A stretch of 64,000 nt of DNA, taken from contig JAFTCA010000013.1 in NCBI GenBank assembly GCA_017454945.1, positions 60,505 to 124,504 of the forward strand. The letters run 5' to 3'. A program made the translations under genes and the position numbers. Source of the DNA: Bacteroidales bacterium. GTDB lineage: Bacteria > Bacteroidota > Bacteroidia > Bacteroidales > WCHB1-69. A model generated the notes under the pieces. It made no database searches, was not told the origin of the DNA, and worked only from the letters and a program-made list of their open reading frames with translations. Shown piece after piece: positions 1 to 8,920 of this stretch (positions are counted from its first letter, which is position 1; every line of letters starts with the position of its first letter).

Positions 1-202
1 GAAGCGCGCTACCGGGCTGCGCTACATCCCGCCGTTATTTTCGGGTGCAAAAATACGATTTTTTTTAATATCGCCGAAAAAGTTTTTTAATTGAAAATAT
101 TTCAATCGGCAAAGTATTAAGTGTTGTATTGCAGCCTCCTAGCGTGCTGCGAACCAGCATAATAACAAATAGGTCTGAGTGAAGAATCGAAATCTGCCGG
201 AT

Positions 203-841
203 TTAGATGATAATCAATGTTCTGACGATTAGAACGATACCTAAAATGCCAATAAGCAATCCGGAGATGCGGCTGATGAGGAAAATCTTCTCAGGAGTTA
301 GGAAGTCCTTGATTTTATGGGCGAAAAAACTCTTGCAAAGGTCAAAACTGAAGATAATGCCTAGCGTAATCAGGAAGAATAAAATCCGTTGGTTCAGTGT
401 TTCACCGCTGTACGGCAAAATTCCCAACCACAAAATCCATACGAAGGGATTGGTAAAATTGAAGGTGAAGCCGATGGTGATAAACTCGTACGCTTTGAAT
501 TTGAATTGCTTGTTTTGGAAGCGTGCCTCCAGTTGGTCTTTGCGCTTGGGATTCAGGTCTGTATTTTGATTTAAGAAGGTGTAACTTCCGTAGATAATCA
601 GGATGATGCCGCCTACGATGCTGGTAATCAGGCGCACCGTGTCGTTCTCCATGATGTGGGCCAATCCGCACAGGCAAAAAACGACAATGAGCAGGTCACT
701 AAGCGAAATGCCCACTGCTTGCCAAAATCCTGCTTTGAAACCGCGGGCGATGCTTGTCTTCAAGAGCGAGAACAAGGCGGCACCTGGGGTGATGACGATA
801 AGAATGGCTATCGAGAATGCAGTAATGATGGTATAGAGCAT
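203..841 (-). CDS. LysE/RhtB-family amino-acid efflux translocator
   Basis: ORF 203..865 encodes a multi-TM small protein with LysE-like N-terminal pattern (ITPGAALFSLL). Start moved to the ATG at 841, because the track's first M is a TTG lying inside the promoter box at 863-870. Confidence 0.55.
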   Translation of the reverse strand: MLYTIITAFSIAILIVITPGAALFSLLKTSIARGFKAGFWQAVGISLSDLLIVVFCLCGLAHIMENDTVRLITSIVGGIILIIYGSYTFLNQNTDLNPKRKDQLEARFQNKQFKFKAYEFITIGFTFNFTNPFVWILWLGILPYSGETLNQRILFFLITLGIIFSFDLCKSFFAHKIKDFLTPEKIFLISRISGLLIGILGIVLIVRTLIII

Positions 842-862
842 GTCATCTTTTTTTTGCGGCTG

Positions 863-870
863 CAAAAATA
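863..870 (-). promoter_or_regulatory. Bacteroidota -7 promoter box (TAnnTTTG)
   Basis: TATTTTTG on the minus strand, 22 nt upstream of the ATG at 841. Confidence 0.5.
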
Positions 871-915
871 CACATTTTTACCATGGCTTTCCCATGAGGG
901 TAGTCGCTTTTTTGT

Positions 916-923
916 TATATTTG
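916..923 (+). promoter_or_regulatory. Bacteroidota -7 promoter box
   Basis: TATATTTG, 28 nt upstream of the ATG at 951. Confidence 0.5.
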
Positions 924-950
924 CCCGTTTTTTCAAATAAACTCTCATCA

Positions 951-2435
951 ATGCGAATCATACTCTTCAGCCTGTTTCTGATTTATACAATTTTGATTTT
1001 TGTAGTGGCATGGCTCACTTCGCGCAATGCAAGCAATAGTACGTATTTTACCGGAAACCGCAAATCACCTTGGTTTGTAGTGGCTTACGGCATGATTGGT
1101 GCTTCGCTGTCGGGTGTTACCTTTATGTCGGTGCCTGGCGACGTGGCCACCACGCAATTCACCTATTTCTGCCTGGTGATAGGCTATGTGTTAGGCTATT
1201 TGGCCATTGCCTACGTACTTCTGCCACTGTATTATAAACTTAACCTCACATCCATTTATGAATATCTTGGCACAAGGATGGGAGGGGAGGCGCACAAAAC
1301 CAGCTCGGTCTTCTTTATCATCTCGCGCTTGATGGGCTCGGCGCTCCGTATGTATCTGGTTATTTATGTTTTGCAGATTTTCATCTTCGATGAATGGAAT
1401 ATCCCTTTGTGGCTCACGGCATTGGTGATGATCATCATCATCTTGCTGTACACGTTCCGTAGCGGTATCAAAACTGTGGTGTGGATGGATACGCTGCAGA
1501 CCACCTTCCTACTGACCGCCTTGGTTATTACTATCGTGATCATTTTCAGAGATTTGAATATGACATTCCCCGAAACGTGGAACACGATGCAACAGGCAGG
1601 CCATACCAAAATTTTTGAAACCGATTGGCGAATGGGCAATTTCTACCTGAAGCATATCATCGGAGGCATGTTTATTACCATTACCATGACGGGTATGGAT
1701 CAAGATATGATGCAGAAAAACCTGACTTGCAAGAACTTGAAGGATGCACAGCGCAATATGCTCTCGTTCACAGGGATACTGGTATTCGTCAATATGCTGT
1801 TCCTCTTCTTGGGCGGATTGCTGTTGGTATATGCTTCGCAAAATGGTATCAACTTGCAAGGTATGCCCACCGACCGCATCTATCCTGAAATCACCTTCAA
1901 CTATCTGGGTGTCTTCGCATCCATTGCCTTTGTGGTGGGATTGGTGGCTGCCGGCTATTCCAGTGCCGATGGCACACTGACGGCTTTAACCACGTCCATC
2001 TGTTTTGACATTATCAAAATTGATAACCTTCAAATATCTGAGCAGCAGAAAGTTCGACTGAGAAGAATTATTCATGTGGCTGTGGCTACGGTATTCCTGT
2101 TGATAATTATTATTTTCTCCCGTTTCCACAATAAAGCGCTGATAACCATTATTTTCACGGTGGCAAGTTATACTTATGGTCCCATTTTGGGACTCTTTGC
2201 CTTTGGTATGTTCACCAAGCGCAAGGTGCGTTGGCCTGCACTGGTGCCGGTTTTGGCTATTGTGTCTCCCGTGTTGTGCTTCGTGCTCTCCAAGTATTCG
2301 CAAGTGCTCTTCAACGGCTACAAATTTGGTTTCGAATTGCTGATTGTCAACGGCCTCATAACTTTCTTGCTGCTGATGATGATTAGTAAGAACGGAGAGA
2401 GGAGAGATGAGAGAGGAGAGAGGAAAACTGTTTAG
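951..2435 (+). CDS. Sodium:solute symporter (SSF) family transporter
   Basis: ORF 840..2435 is polytopic, with SSF-like N-terminus (YFTGNRKSPWFVVAYGMIGASLSGVTFMSVPG). Start moved to the ATG at 951 (MRIILF), 28 nt after the TATATTTG box. Confidence 0.8.
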   Translation: MRIILFSLFLIYTILIFVVAWLTSRNASNSTYFTGNRKSPWFVVAYGMIGASLSGVTFMSVPGDVATTQFTYFCLVIGYVLGYLAIAYVLLPLYYKLNLTSIYEYLGTRMGGEAHKTSSVFFIISRLMGSALRMYLVIYVLQIFIFDEWNIPLWLTALVMIIIILLYTFRSGIKTVVWMDTLQTTFLLTALVITIVIIFRDLNMTFPETWNTMQQAGHTKIFETDWRMGNFYLKHIIGGMFITITMTGMDQDMMQKNLTCKNLKDAQRNMLSFTGILVFVNMLFLFLGGLLLVYASQNGINLQGMPTDRIYPEITFNYLGVFASIAFVVGLVAAGYSSADGTLTALTTSICFDIIKIDNLQISEQQKVRLRRIIHVAVATVFLLIIIIFSRFHNKALITIIFTVASYTYGPILGLFAFGMFTKRKVRWPALVPVLAIVSPVLCFVLSKYSQVLFNGYKFGFELLIVNGLITFLLLMMISKNGERRDERGERKTV

Positions 2436-2487
2436 AAGTTAAGAAGTTAAGAAGTTAAGAAACTAAGTGTTATTAAGTTAGCAAGTC
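2436..2487. repeat. Degenerate 8-nt tandem word array (AAGTTAAG x3, AAACTAAG, ...)
   Basis: Read directly. Begins 1 nt after the symporter stop codon. Confidence 0.9.
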
Positions 2488-2500
2488 ACAAAATCATATC

Positions 2501-2535
2501 AATTGTAAATTGTAAATTGTAAATTATAAATTGAA
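2501..2535. repeat. 7-nt tandem word array (AATTGTA x4-5)
   Basis: Read directly. Ends 3 nt before the ATG at 2539. Confidence 0.9.
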
Positions 2536-2538
2536 AAT

Positions 2539-2922
2539 ATGAAATCGTTTTGTAAAATGTTGATAGTGACTGCTTTGTTGGGCGTGGTTGCGGCTTGTCA
2601 TCGCGATGAGCCTGCGAGCGTGGTCAAGTCGTTTTATTATGCTTATCAAAATTTGGATTTTGAGAAGGCCCGCGAGTATTGTACGCCTTATATGTCGCAA
2701 AAAATCAGTCTGATAGAAGAAGGCTTCAACGAAGAAAAGCAGGCGTTTTTGCATCCTAAAATCAAGAAACAGCATATCTCTGTAGGTGATGTCTCCTACA
2801 ACGATGCCGGCAATCAGGCTGTGGTCACGGTCGTTTTCACCGCTCCAGAGGATACGGTTCAGCACATCGATTATGTTACCTTGGAAAAGTGTGGCGAGGA
2901 GTGGCAAGTCTCTAATTTCTAG
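2539..2922 (+). CDS. Small lipoprotein, function unknown (DUF4878-like)
   Basis: Signal peptide plus lipobox (LLGVVAAC). About 127 aa, with a compact alpha/beta-looking body. Confidence 0.45.
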   Translation: MKSFCKMLIVTALLGVVAACHRDEPASVVKSFYYAYQNLDFEKAREYCTPYMSQKISLIEEGFNEEKQAFLHPKIKKQHISVGDVSYNDAGNQAVVTVVFTAPEDTVQHIDYVTLEKCGEEWQVSNF

Positions 2923-3045
2923 TCTGCTTCCTCAATTTTTCAAAAATATTCATTTGGATACCGCGTGCTGTCATTTTTTTATTATTTTTGCAGCAATTTT
3001 CAATATTTGGAGTTGAATAAATCTATTAATTTAAAGCATAATTTT

Positions 3046-6000
3046 ATGAAAAGAATTTTTACTACGTTGTTAGCTTGCAGTTTGCTGTTTATCACTGCAT
3101 TAAGCTATGCACAGGTAGAAGCTCCGGTGTTCTCGCCCGCTTCAGGCACCTTGTTGTACGAACCTACAGAAGTGGCGATAACATGCGCTACTCCCGGTGC
3201 TGTAATCCGTTACACTACAGATGGAAAGAATCCCGTTGACACTTCGGCGATTTGCACAGGAACCGTTCTGGTGAACAAGGCGATGACCATTAAGGCCAAA
3301 GCATGGTTAAACGATTCCACTTACAGTGCAGTGGCCTCTGCTTCATACACTTTCCCTACGGAATATGGTACAATAAAAGCTTTCAAAGCTGCCAATAAGA
3401 CCCTCAACAAAGTTGTTTACAAGGTTGCAGCCGATGTGACGGTTACTTTCGTCAATAATCATTATCTCTTCGTTCAAGATACCACGGCTGCTCTGATGGT
3501 GTATGACCGCGATGGTGTTTTGACGCACACATACAAGAATGGTGATGTGATTAAGGGCGGTATTTGCGGTATGGCCAACAAATACAACACCATGAACGAG
3601 TTCATCCCCACTCACGATTTTGCTGCTCCCGTGGCTGGTGCTGCTGTTGAGCCCGTGGTGATGGATCCCGCAGAGTTGAACACCAATTTCAGTTCTTACG
3701 AAGCAGCCTTAGTTACTTTGCAAGATGTTAAGTTCGAAAATCATGACGCTTTCGGTAAGGGTTCAACGCTGGGCAAAAAGACCATGTCGGCCAATGCTAA
3801 ATTGTTCTATTGCTACAATGAGTTCGGTACCATCGAAGGTGTTATTCCTCCTTCAGCTCCTACCAATGTGACGGGTATCGCCATCGTTTTCAATTCTGAA
3901 AAACGTATTGCTCCTCGTGATGCTAACGATGTAGTAGTGAACGAAAATACCACTATCCCTTATGTTTCGATTGTAGCTCCTGAAGCCGACGCCGTTATCA
4001 CTGGTGTTGTTAAATTGGATGTGGCTGTGAAGAATTTCGAAGTTGCAGAAGGTAAGGGCGGTGTGAAAGTTCAAATGGACAATGCAAACACCACTTGGTT
4101 CGATTTGGACACCTTGAAAGCTCACGAATTTGAACTCGCTTCGGGTAGCCATACTGTTACCGTAACACTGGTTGACACCAATGCCGCTGCTGTTGCCAAT
4201 GCTTTTTCAGAATCCCGTACTTTTGAAGTTGACCTGATCAACGCACCGGCTCCCACATTTAGCGTGGAATCGGGTGTTGTTTATGATGAGCAATTGACGG
4301 TTAACATCACTTGCACTGATGCCAACGCTACCATATATTATACCACCGATGGTACTACTCCTACAGCCTCTTCAACTGCTTACGATGCAGAAACCGGTGT
4401 GGTTCTTACTAAGACCGCTACTTTGAAGGCTGTGGCTATGGTAGAAGATATGGACGCCAGCGAGGTTACAGAAGCTCGCTATGCATTCCCCACAGTAACC
4501 GTGGTTGCTCCGACCGACGGTGCTGTGATTACCGATAAAGTGACCGTTGACGTTACGGTTAAAGACTATCTGCTTGGCAACACCGCTGATGGTATCCTTA
4601 CCGTTTCTGTCGAAGGTGACAAAACAAGTAAATTCATCCAGATTAAGTCGAACGACGAGCTGAATGTGCTGAAATATCAACCTATTGACCTTCCTTCTGG
4701 CATGTATAATCTTGAGGTGAAACTCCAAGCTAACAATGTGGTAGGTGAAACGACAACCAAGAGCGTTGAACTGGCTTTTGAAGTAAAGAAAGCTACCACC
4801 GAAGCTCCTGTATTTTCACCTAAGGGTGGTCTCTTTAACAAGGATGTTGAAGTTGAACTGACTTGCGCCACCGCAGGTGCCAAGATATTCTATTCGAAGA
4901 ATGGCGGTGAAATAAGCGAATATTCAGATCCTATCACCATTACTACCGCAGAGATGCCTGTTACGATGACTGCTTATGCTACTTCCGACGATCTTGAACA
5001 GAGCGAAGAGGTTGAGGCTGTTTACGAATATACCGACCAACCCGCTATCTATGTTAGCGAATCAGTTATTTCGTTGAAAGCCCGTAACGACAAGCAAACT
5101 ATCTATGTTTCTGGCGTTAACTTGGGTGAAAACATTAGAATCACTTCCAACAAGGCTAACTTCAGAGCCAGCGTCACCACGATGAACTACAATGTTACCG
5201 ATGCTCCTCTGACCATCACCTACGTTGGTACCAAGAACGATACCGCTCTTATTACGCTGACCAGTATCAACCACTACGACACTGTGAAGACTGTTGTTAA
5301 GGCTATCGCTGACCTGTTCGTAGCAACTCCTTCGTTTACACCTGCTCATCAAGCTACTTCATACATTGAACCTATCGATGTGACTATCTTGTGTGGCACC
5401 GAAGGCGCTACCATCCGTTACACTTTGGACGGTACGGATCCTGATGAAAATTCAACAGTTTTCAGCACACCTATCAACATCACCACCACGACCACTATCA
5501 AGGCCAAAGCTTGGAAAGGTACTCAATCTCCCAGCGAGGTGGCTGTAGCTACATACTTGTTCCCCTCAATTGACATGCTTGTTCCTGCTGAAGGCGAAGT
5601 ATTCGTTAATGCATTCAAATTGGATCTCAAGGTTAATTATTTCCCCATCGCAGAATCTGCAGATGGTCTGCTGAAGGTTGAAATTCCTGGTCAGGAACCT
5701 ACTTATTGGACTTCAGATACCTTGAGAAAACTGTTGGCTATGTCGATCGACCTGCCCGCTGGTGATTATGCAATTACCATGTCACTGGTACGTGATGACA
5801 AATCGCCCATTAACGAACCTGTAAGCGTTACCCACAACTTCACCGTTAAGGTGGCTGCTCCTGAGTTCTTGCCCGAACCTGGTAAGTTCTACTCATCAAA
5901 GAATGTACAACTGACGAGCGAAACCAAAGGTGCTCAAATCTATTACACCACCGACGGTTCTGTTCCTACCGCTGCATCAACTCTCTATATCAACCCGTTC

Positions 6001-6348
6001 GTAATCACCAATACCACCACCGTTAAGGCTATCGCCGTTAAGAATGCCGATACCAGTGATGTGGCCGTTGGCGAGTACATCTACGCAGTTGGTATCAACG
6101 AAGTTGAAGATCTGGCTAACATTGCTGTTTACCCGAATCCTACGGTTTCTGTAGTGAATGTGGCTACCGGCAATCTGAAGACCACCCAATATGACATTAT
6201 TGGTATGAACGGTCAGCTTATCTTCACCGAGACCAGCGTTAAGAATGGCGACTTCCAAGTGTCAATGGAAAATTATCCTTCAGGTGTTTACTTCCTGAGA
6301 ATCTTCACCGACAAGGGTATTGCCGTTAAGAAAATCTCAAAGATGTAA
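3046..6348 (+). CDS. Large secreted multidomain protein with five chitobiase/hexosaminidase-C-like (FN3-associated) modules and a T9SS type-A C-terminal sorting domain
   Basis: Signal peptide MKRIFTTLLACSLLFITALSYAQ. Five copies of the motif (A/G)x(V/I)xYT(T/L)DG(x)xP. C-terminus VYPNP...GVYFLRIFTDKGIAVKKISKM is typical of Por_Secre_tail. A rho-independent terminator follows. Confidence 0.8.
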   Translation: MKRIFTTLLACSLLFITALSYAQVEAPVFSPASGTLLYEPTEVAITCATPGAVIRYTTDGKNPVDTSAICTGTVLVNKAMTIKAKAWLNDSTYSAVASASYTFPTEYGTIKAFKAANKTLNKVVYKVAADVTVTFVNNHYLFVQDTTAALMVYDRDGVLTHTYKNGDVIKGGICGMANKYNTMNEFIPTHDFAAPVAGAAVEPVVMDPAELNTNFSSYEAALVTLQDVKFENHDAFGKGSTLGKKTMSANAKLFYCYNEFGTIEGVIPPSAPTNVTGIAIVFNSEKRIAPRDANDVVVNENTTIPYVSIVAPEADAVITGVVKLDVAVKNFEVAEGKGGVKVQMDNANTTWFDLDTLKAHEFELASGSHTVTVTLVDTNAAAVANAFSESRTFEVDLINAPAPTFSVESGVVYDEQLTVNITCTDANATIYYTTDGTTPTASSTAYDAETGVVLTKTATLKAVAMVEDMDASEVTEARYAFPTVTVVAPTDGAVITDKVTVDVTVKDYLLGNTADGILTVSVEGDKTSKFIQIKSNDELNVLKYQPIDLPSGMYNLEVKLQANNVVGETTTKSVELAFEVKKATTEAPVFSPKGGLFNKDVEVELTCATAGAKIFYSKNGGEISEYSDPITITTAEMPVTMTAYATSDDLEQSEEVEAVYEYTDQPAIYVSESVISLKARNDKQTIYVSGVNLGENIRITSNKANFRASVTTMNYNVTDAPLTITYVGTKNDTALITLTSINHYDTVKTVVKAIADLFVATPSFTPAHQATSYIEPIDVTILCGTEGATIRYTLDGTDPDENSTVFSTPINITTTTTIKAKAWKGTQSPSEVAVATYLFPSIDMLVPAEGEVFVNAFKLDLKVNYFPIAESADGLLKVEIPGQEPTYWTSDTLRKLLAMSIDLPAGDYAITMSLVRDDKSPINEPVSVTHNFTVKVAAPEFLPEPGKFYSSKNVQLTSETKGAQIYYTTDGSVPTAASTLYINPFVITNTTTVKAIAVKNADTSDVAVGEYIYAVGINEVEDLANIAVYPNPTVSVVNVATGNLKTTQYDIIGMNGQLIFTETSVKNGDFQVSMENYPSGVYFLRIFTDKGIAVKKISKM

Positions 6349-6365
6349 TCTTTAATCTATATGAT

Positions 6366-6399
6366 GAAAAAGCGAGGCCAACGGCCTCGCTTTTTTTTA
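6366..6399 (+). terminator. Rho-independent terminator
   Basis: GCGAGGCC-aac-GGCCTCGC stem followed by T8, 18 nt after the stop at 6348. Confidence 0.8.
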
Positions 6400-6423
6400 T
6401 GTCCGTAGCCGACAATTATTTCG

Positions 6424-6431
6424 TATCTTTG
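6424..6431 (+). promoter_or_regulatory. Bacteroidota -7 promoter box
   Basis: TATCTTTG, 17 nt upstream of the ATG at 6448. Confidence 0.5.
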
Positions 6432-6447
6432 CAACCTATAAATCATT

Positions 6448-8235
6448 ATGGCAAAACACACTTTTAAAGAGCTGCTTTCCCCATATCGCCACAAGTTGGT
6501 CGGTATTGTGCTGGTCAATTTGCTCTCTGTGTTTTTCGCCATTGTGACGATGATGTTGCTGGAGCCGTTTGTGATGTTGGTTTTCCAAGGACATCTCAAC
6601 AATCTGAGCCCTGTGACGGCCAAACTGATGGAGGTGAGCTCGCGGCTGGTGGACTTGAGTAATCCCGCCAATTCGCTTTTGGTCATCGTACTCTACTTTA
6701 TAGTGCTTTTCCTGTTGAAGGATCTGTTCTACTTTTGGGGACAGTGGCTGCTCGCTCCGGTGCGCGCCGATGTGGTCCGTCGTCTGCGCGACCGCCTTTA
6801 TCACAAGGTGCTCATTCTTCCATTATCATTCTTTAGCGAACAGAAAAAAGGAGATGTCATTTCGCGCGCTGTCAACGACACGCAGGAGATTGAGTTTACC
6901 GTGCTCAAGTCGTTCCAGCAACTGCTGACCGAGCCGTTGACAGTCTTGCTCTATCTGGTGACACTTTTGGCGCTTTCGTGGCAGTTAACCCTCTTTGTGC
7001 TGGTGCTACTGCCGTTGGCTGGTCTGGTCATCGCTCGCATCTCTAAATCGTTGCGCAAGCAGTCAAAAAACGCTAAGGGTCGCTTGGGTGCTTTGTTGGC
7101 ACATGTGGAGGAGAGCCTTTCGGGATTGCGCATCATCAAGGGCTTTAATGCCCAGAAACATGCAGAGACCGTTTTTGACAAGCATAACAGCGATTTTACC
7201 GGTCGTCAGAAGAAAATATACCGTCGTGTGGATTTGGCGTCGCCAGTGAGCGAATTTTTGGGTGTGACCGTGGTGATGATCGTCCTGGTTTTCGGTGGCA
7301 TGATGGTTTTGGATTCTTCCTCATCGCTCACGGCGCCTTTGTTCATTGCCTACATCGGCCTTTTTACGCAGGTGATTAATCCTGCCAAGAACATTTCGAC
7401 GGCTGTTTCCAACTACCGTCGTGGATTGGCCGCCTTGGATAGGATTTATGAAATTATTGATGCTGAGGAGATTATAGAGGAAGCACCGCAAGCGCAAAGG
7501 GTAAGCGAATTTCATCGTGACATTGAGATTGACGATGTGTCGTTTGCCTATGAGTCGGCAGAAGTGTTGAAGAATATTTCACTGACGATTCATAAAGGTG
7601 AGATGGTGGCACTGGTAGGGCAGTCGGGCTCGGGTAAATCGACGCTGGCCGACCTGCTACCGCGTTTTTACGATGTTACAACTGGGCGCATTCTCATTGA
7701 TGGCACCGACATCAGGCAGTTCCGCATTGATGACCTGCGTTCACTGTTTGCCTATGTTTCCCAAGATATCATTCTTTTTAACGATACCATTGCCAATAAT
7801 ATAGCGTTCGGAGCGCCGGCTGCCACGCGCGAGCAGATTGAAAATGCCACCAAGGTGGCCAATGCCTACGATTTCATCATGGAGTTGCCCGAAGGCTTCG
7901 ACACGCCCATTGGCGACCGCGGACTAAACCTGTCGGGAGGCCAGCGGCAACGTATCAGCATTGCTCGCGCTGTGCTACGCAATGCGCCGATTATCATTCT
8001 CGATGAGGCCACCTCGGCCATGGATACTGAATCGGAAAAACAGGTGCAGCAAGCGCTCGATTCGGTGATGGAAAACCGCACGTCGCTGGTTATTGCCCAT
8101 CGGCTCTCCACCATCCGCCACGCCGACAGGATCGTGGTGATGCACGATGGCGTTATCCTTGAAAGTGGCACACACGACGAACTGATGCAACTGGGCGGAC
8201 GTTATTACAACTTAATACAAATTCAAAACCAATAA
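6448..8235 (+). CDS. ABC transporter permease/ATPase fusion (MsbA-like lipid exporter family)
   Basis: Six-TM N-terminal domain, Walker A GQSGSGKST, signature LSGGQRQR, Walker B IIILDEATSAMD. Confidence 0.85.
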   Translation: MAKHTFKELLSPYRHKLVGIVLVNLLSVFFAIVTMMLLEPFVMLVFQGHLNNLSPVTAKLMEVSSRLVDLSNPANSLLVIVLYFIVLFLLKDLFYFWGQWLLAPVRADVVRRLRDRLYHKVLILPLSFFSEQKKGDVISRAVNDTQEIEFTVLKSFQQLLTEPLTVLLYLVTLLALSWQLTLFVLVLLPLAGLVIARISKSLRKQSKNAKGRLGALLAHVEESLSGLRIIKGFNAQKHAETVFDKHNSDFTGRQKKIYRRVDLASPVSEFLGVTVVMIVLVFGGMMVLDSSSSLTAPLFIAYIGLFTQVINPAKNISTAVSNYRRGLAALDRIYEIIDAEEIIEEAPQAQRVSEFHRDIEIDDVSFAYESAEVLKNISLTIHKGEMVALVGQSGSGKSTLADLLPRFYDVTTGRILIDGTDIRQFRIDDLRSLFAYVSQDIILFNDTIANNIAFGAPAATREQIENATKVANAYDFIMELPEGFDTPIGDRGLNLSGGQRQRISIARAVLRNAPIIILDEATSAMDTESEKQVQQALDSVMENRTSLVIAHRLSTIRHADRIVVMHDGVILESGTHDELMQLGGRYYNLIQIQNQ

Positions 8236-8242
8236 GATAGAC

Positions 8243-8920
8243 ATGTCGAAGAACAAGCTGGCCCGCTTTGCGGAGAACGAAACTTTTGAACTTCTGTTCC
8301 AACATACTGATTATGATATCAGAAACGACAAGTTCGACTTGAAGGGCAAGTGGCATCAGCAGTTCTTTAAGAATGATCATCCCATCATTCTGGAGGTTGG
8401 CTGCGGCAGGGGAGAATATACGCTGGCGCTGGCTCGCCGTAATCCCGAGTGTAACTATATTGGCATCGACAGAAAGGGCGCTCGTTTGTGGCGTGGTTGT
8501 AAGACCGCGACGGAGGAGAAGATGGCCAATGTGGCCTTCGTGCGTTGCAAAATCGAGGATTTGGAGTGTTTTTTTGCACCCAATGAAATCTCGGAGGTGT
8601 GGGTGACTTTCCCCGATCCACAACCTAAAAAAGAGCGCAAAAGGCTAACTTCACCGCGTTTTGTCGAGAGTTATAAGCACTTGCTGCGTCCCAATGGTGT
8701 GATTCATCTCAAAACCGACAGCAGATTGCTCTACCAATACACGTTGGAACAGATAGAACTCAATGGCTGGCAGTTGCAGGAGAATATCGAGAGTGTTTAC
8801 GAACAATCTGATAATGAGCTGCTAACAACGGTGCAGACACACTATGAGAAGATATGGCTCGCCGACGGCTCGCTCATATCGTATATCCGTTTCTCACCGA
8901 ATGCAGCGTCCGCTATTTAA
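8243..8920 (+). CDS. trmB: tRNA (guanine-N7)-methyltransferase
   Basis: SAM-binding motif ILEVGCGRGEYT, FPDPQPKK motif, and the usual ~225 aa TrmB length. Confidence 0.8.
   Translation: MSKNKLARFAENETFELLFQHTDYDIRNDKFDLKGKWHQQFFKNDHPIILEVGCGRGEYTLALARRNPECNYIGIDRKGARLWRGCKTATEEKMANVAFVRCKIEDLECFFAPNEISEVWVTFPDPQPKKERKRLTSPRFVESYKHLLRPNGVIHLKTDSRLLYQYTLEQIELNGWQLQENIESVYEQSDNELLTTVQTHYEKIWLADGSLISYIRFSPNAASAI

Noticed and set aside
1-202. Looked for a gene or RNA in the first 200 nt. A reverse-strand TATTTTTG-like box lies near 44-51.
   Set aside because: There is no ORF or recognisable RNA structure. It probably belongs to a promoter of a minus-strand gene lying outside the window, so it cannot be assessed.
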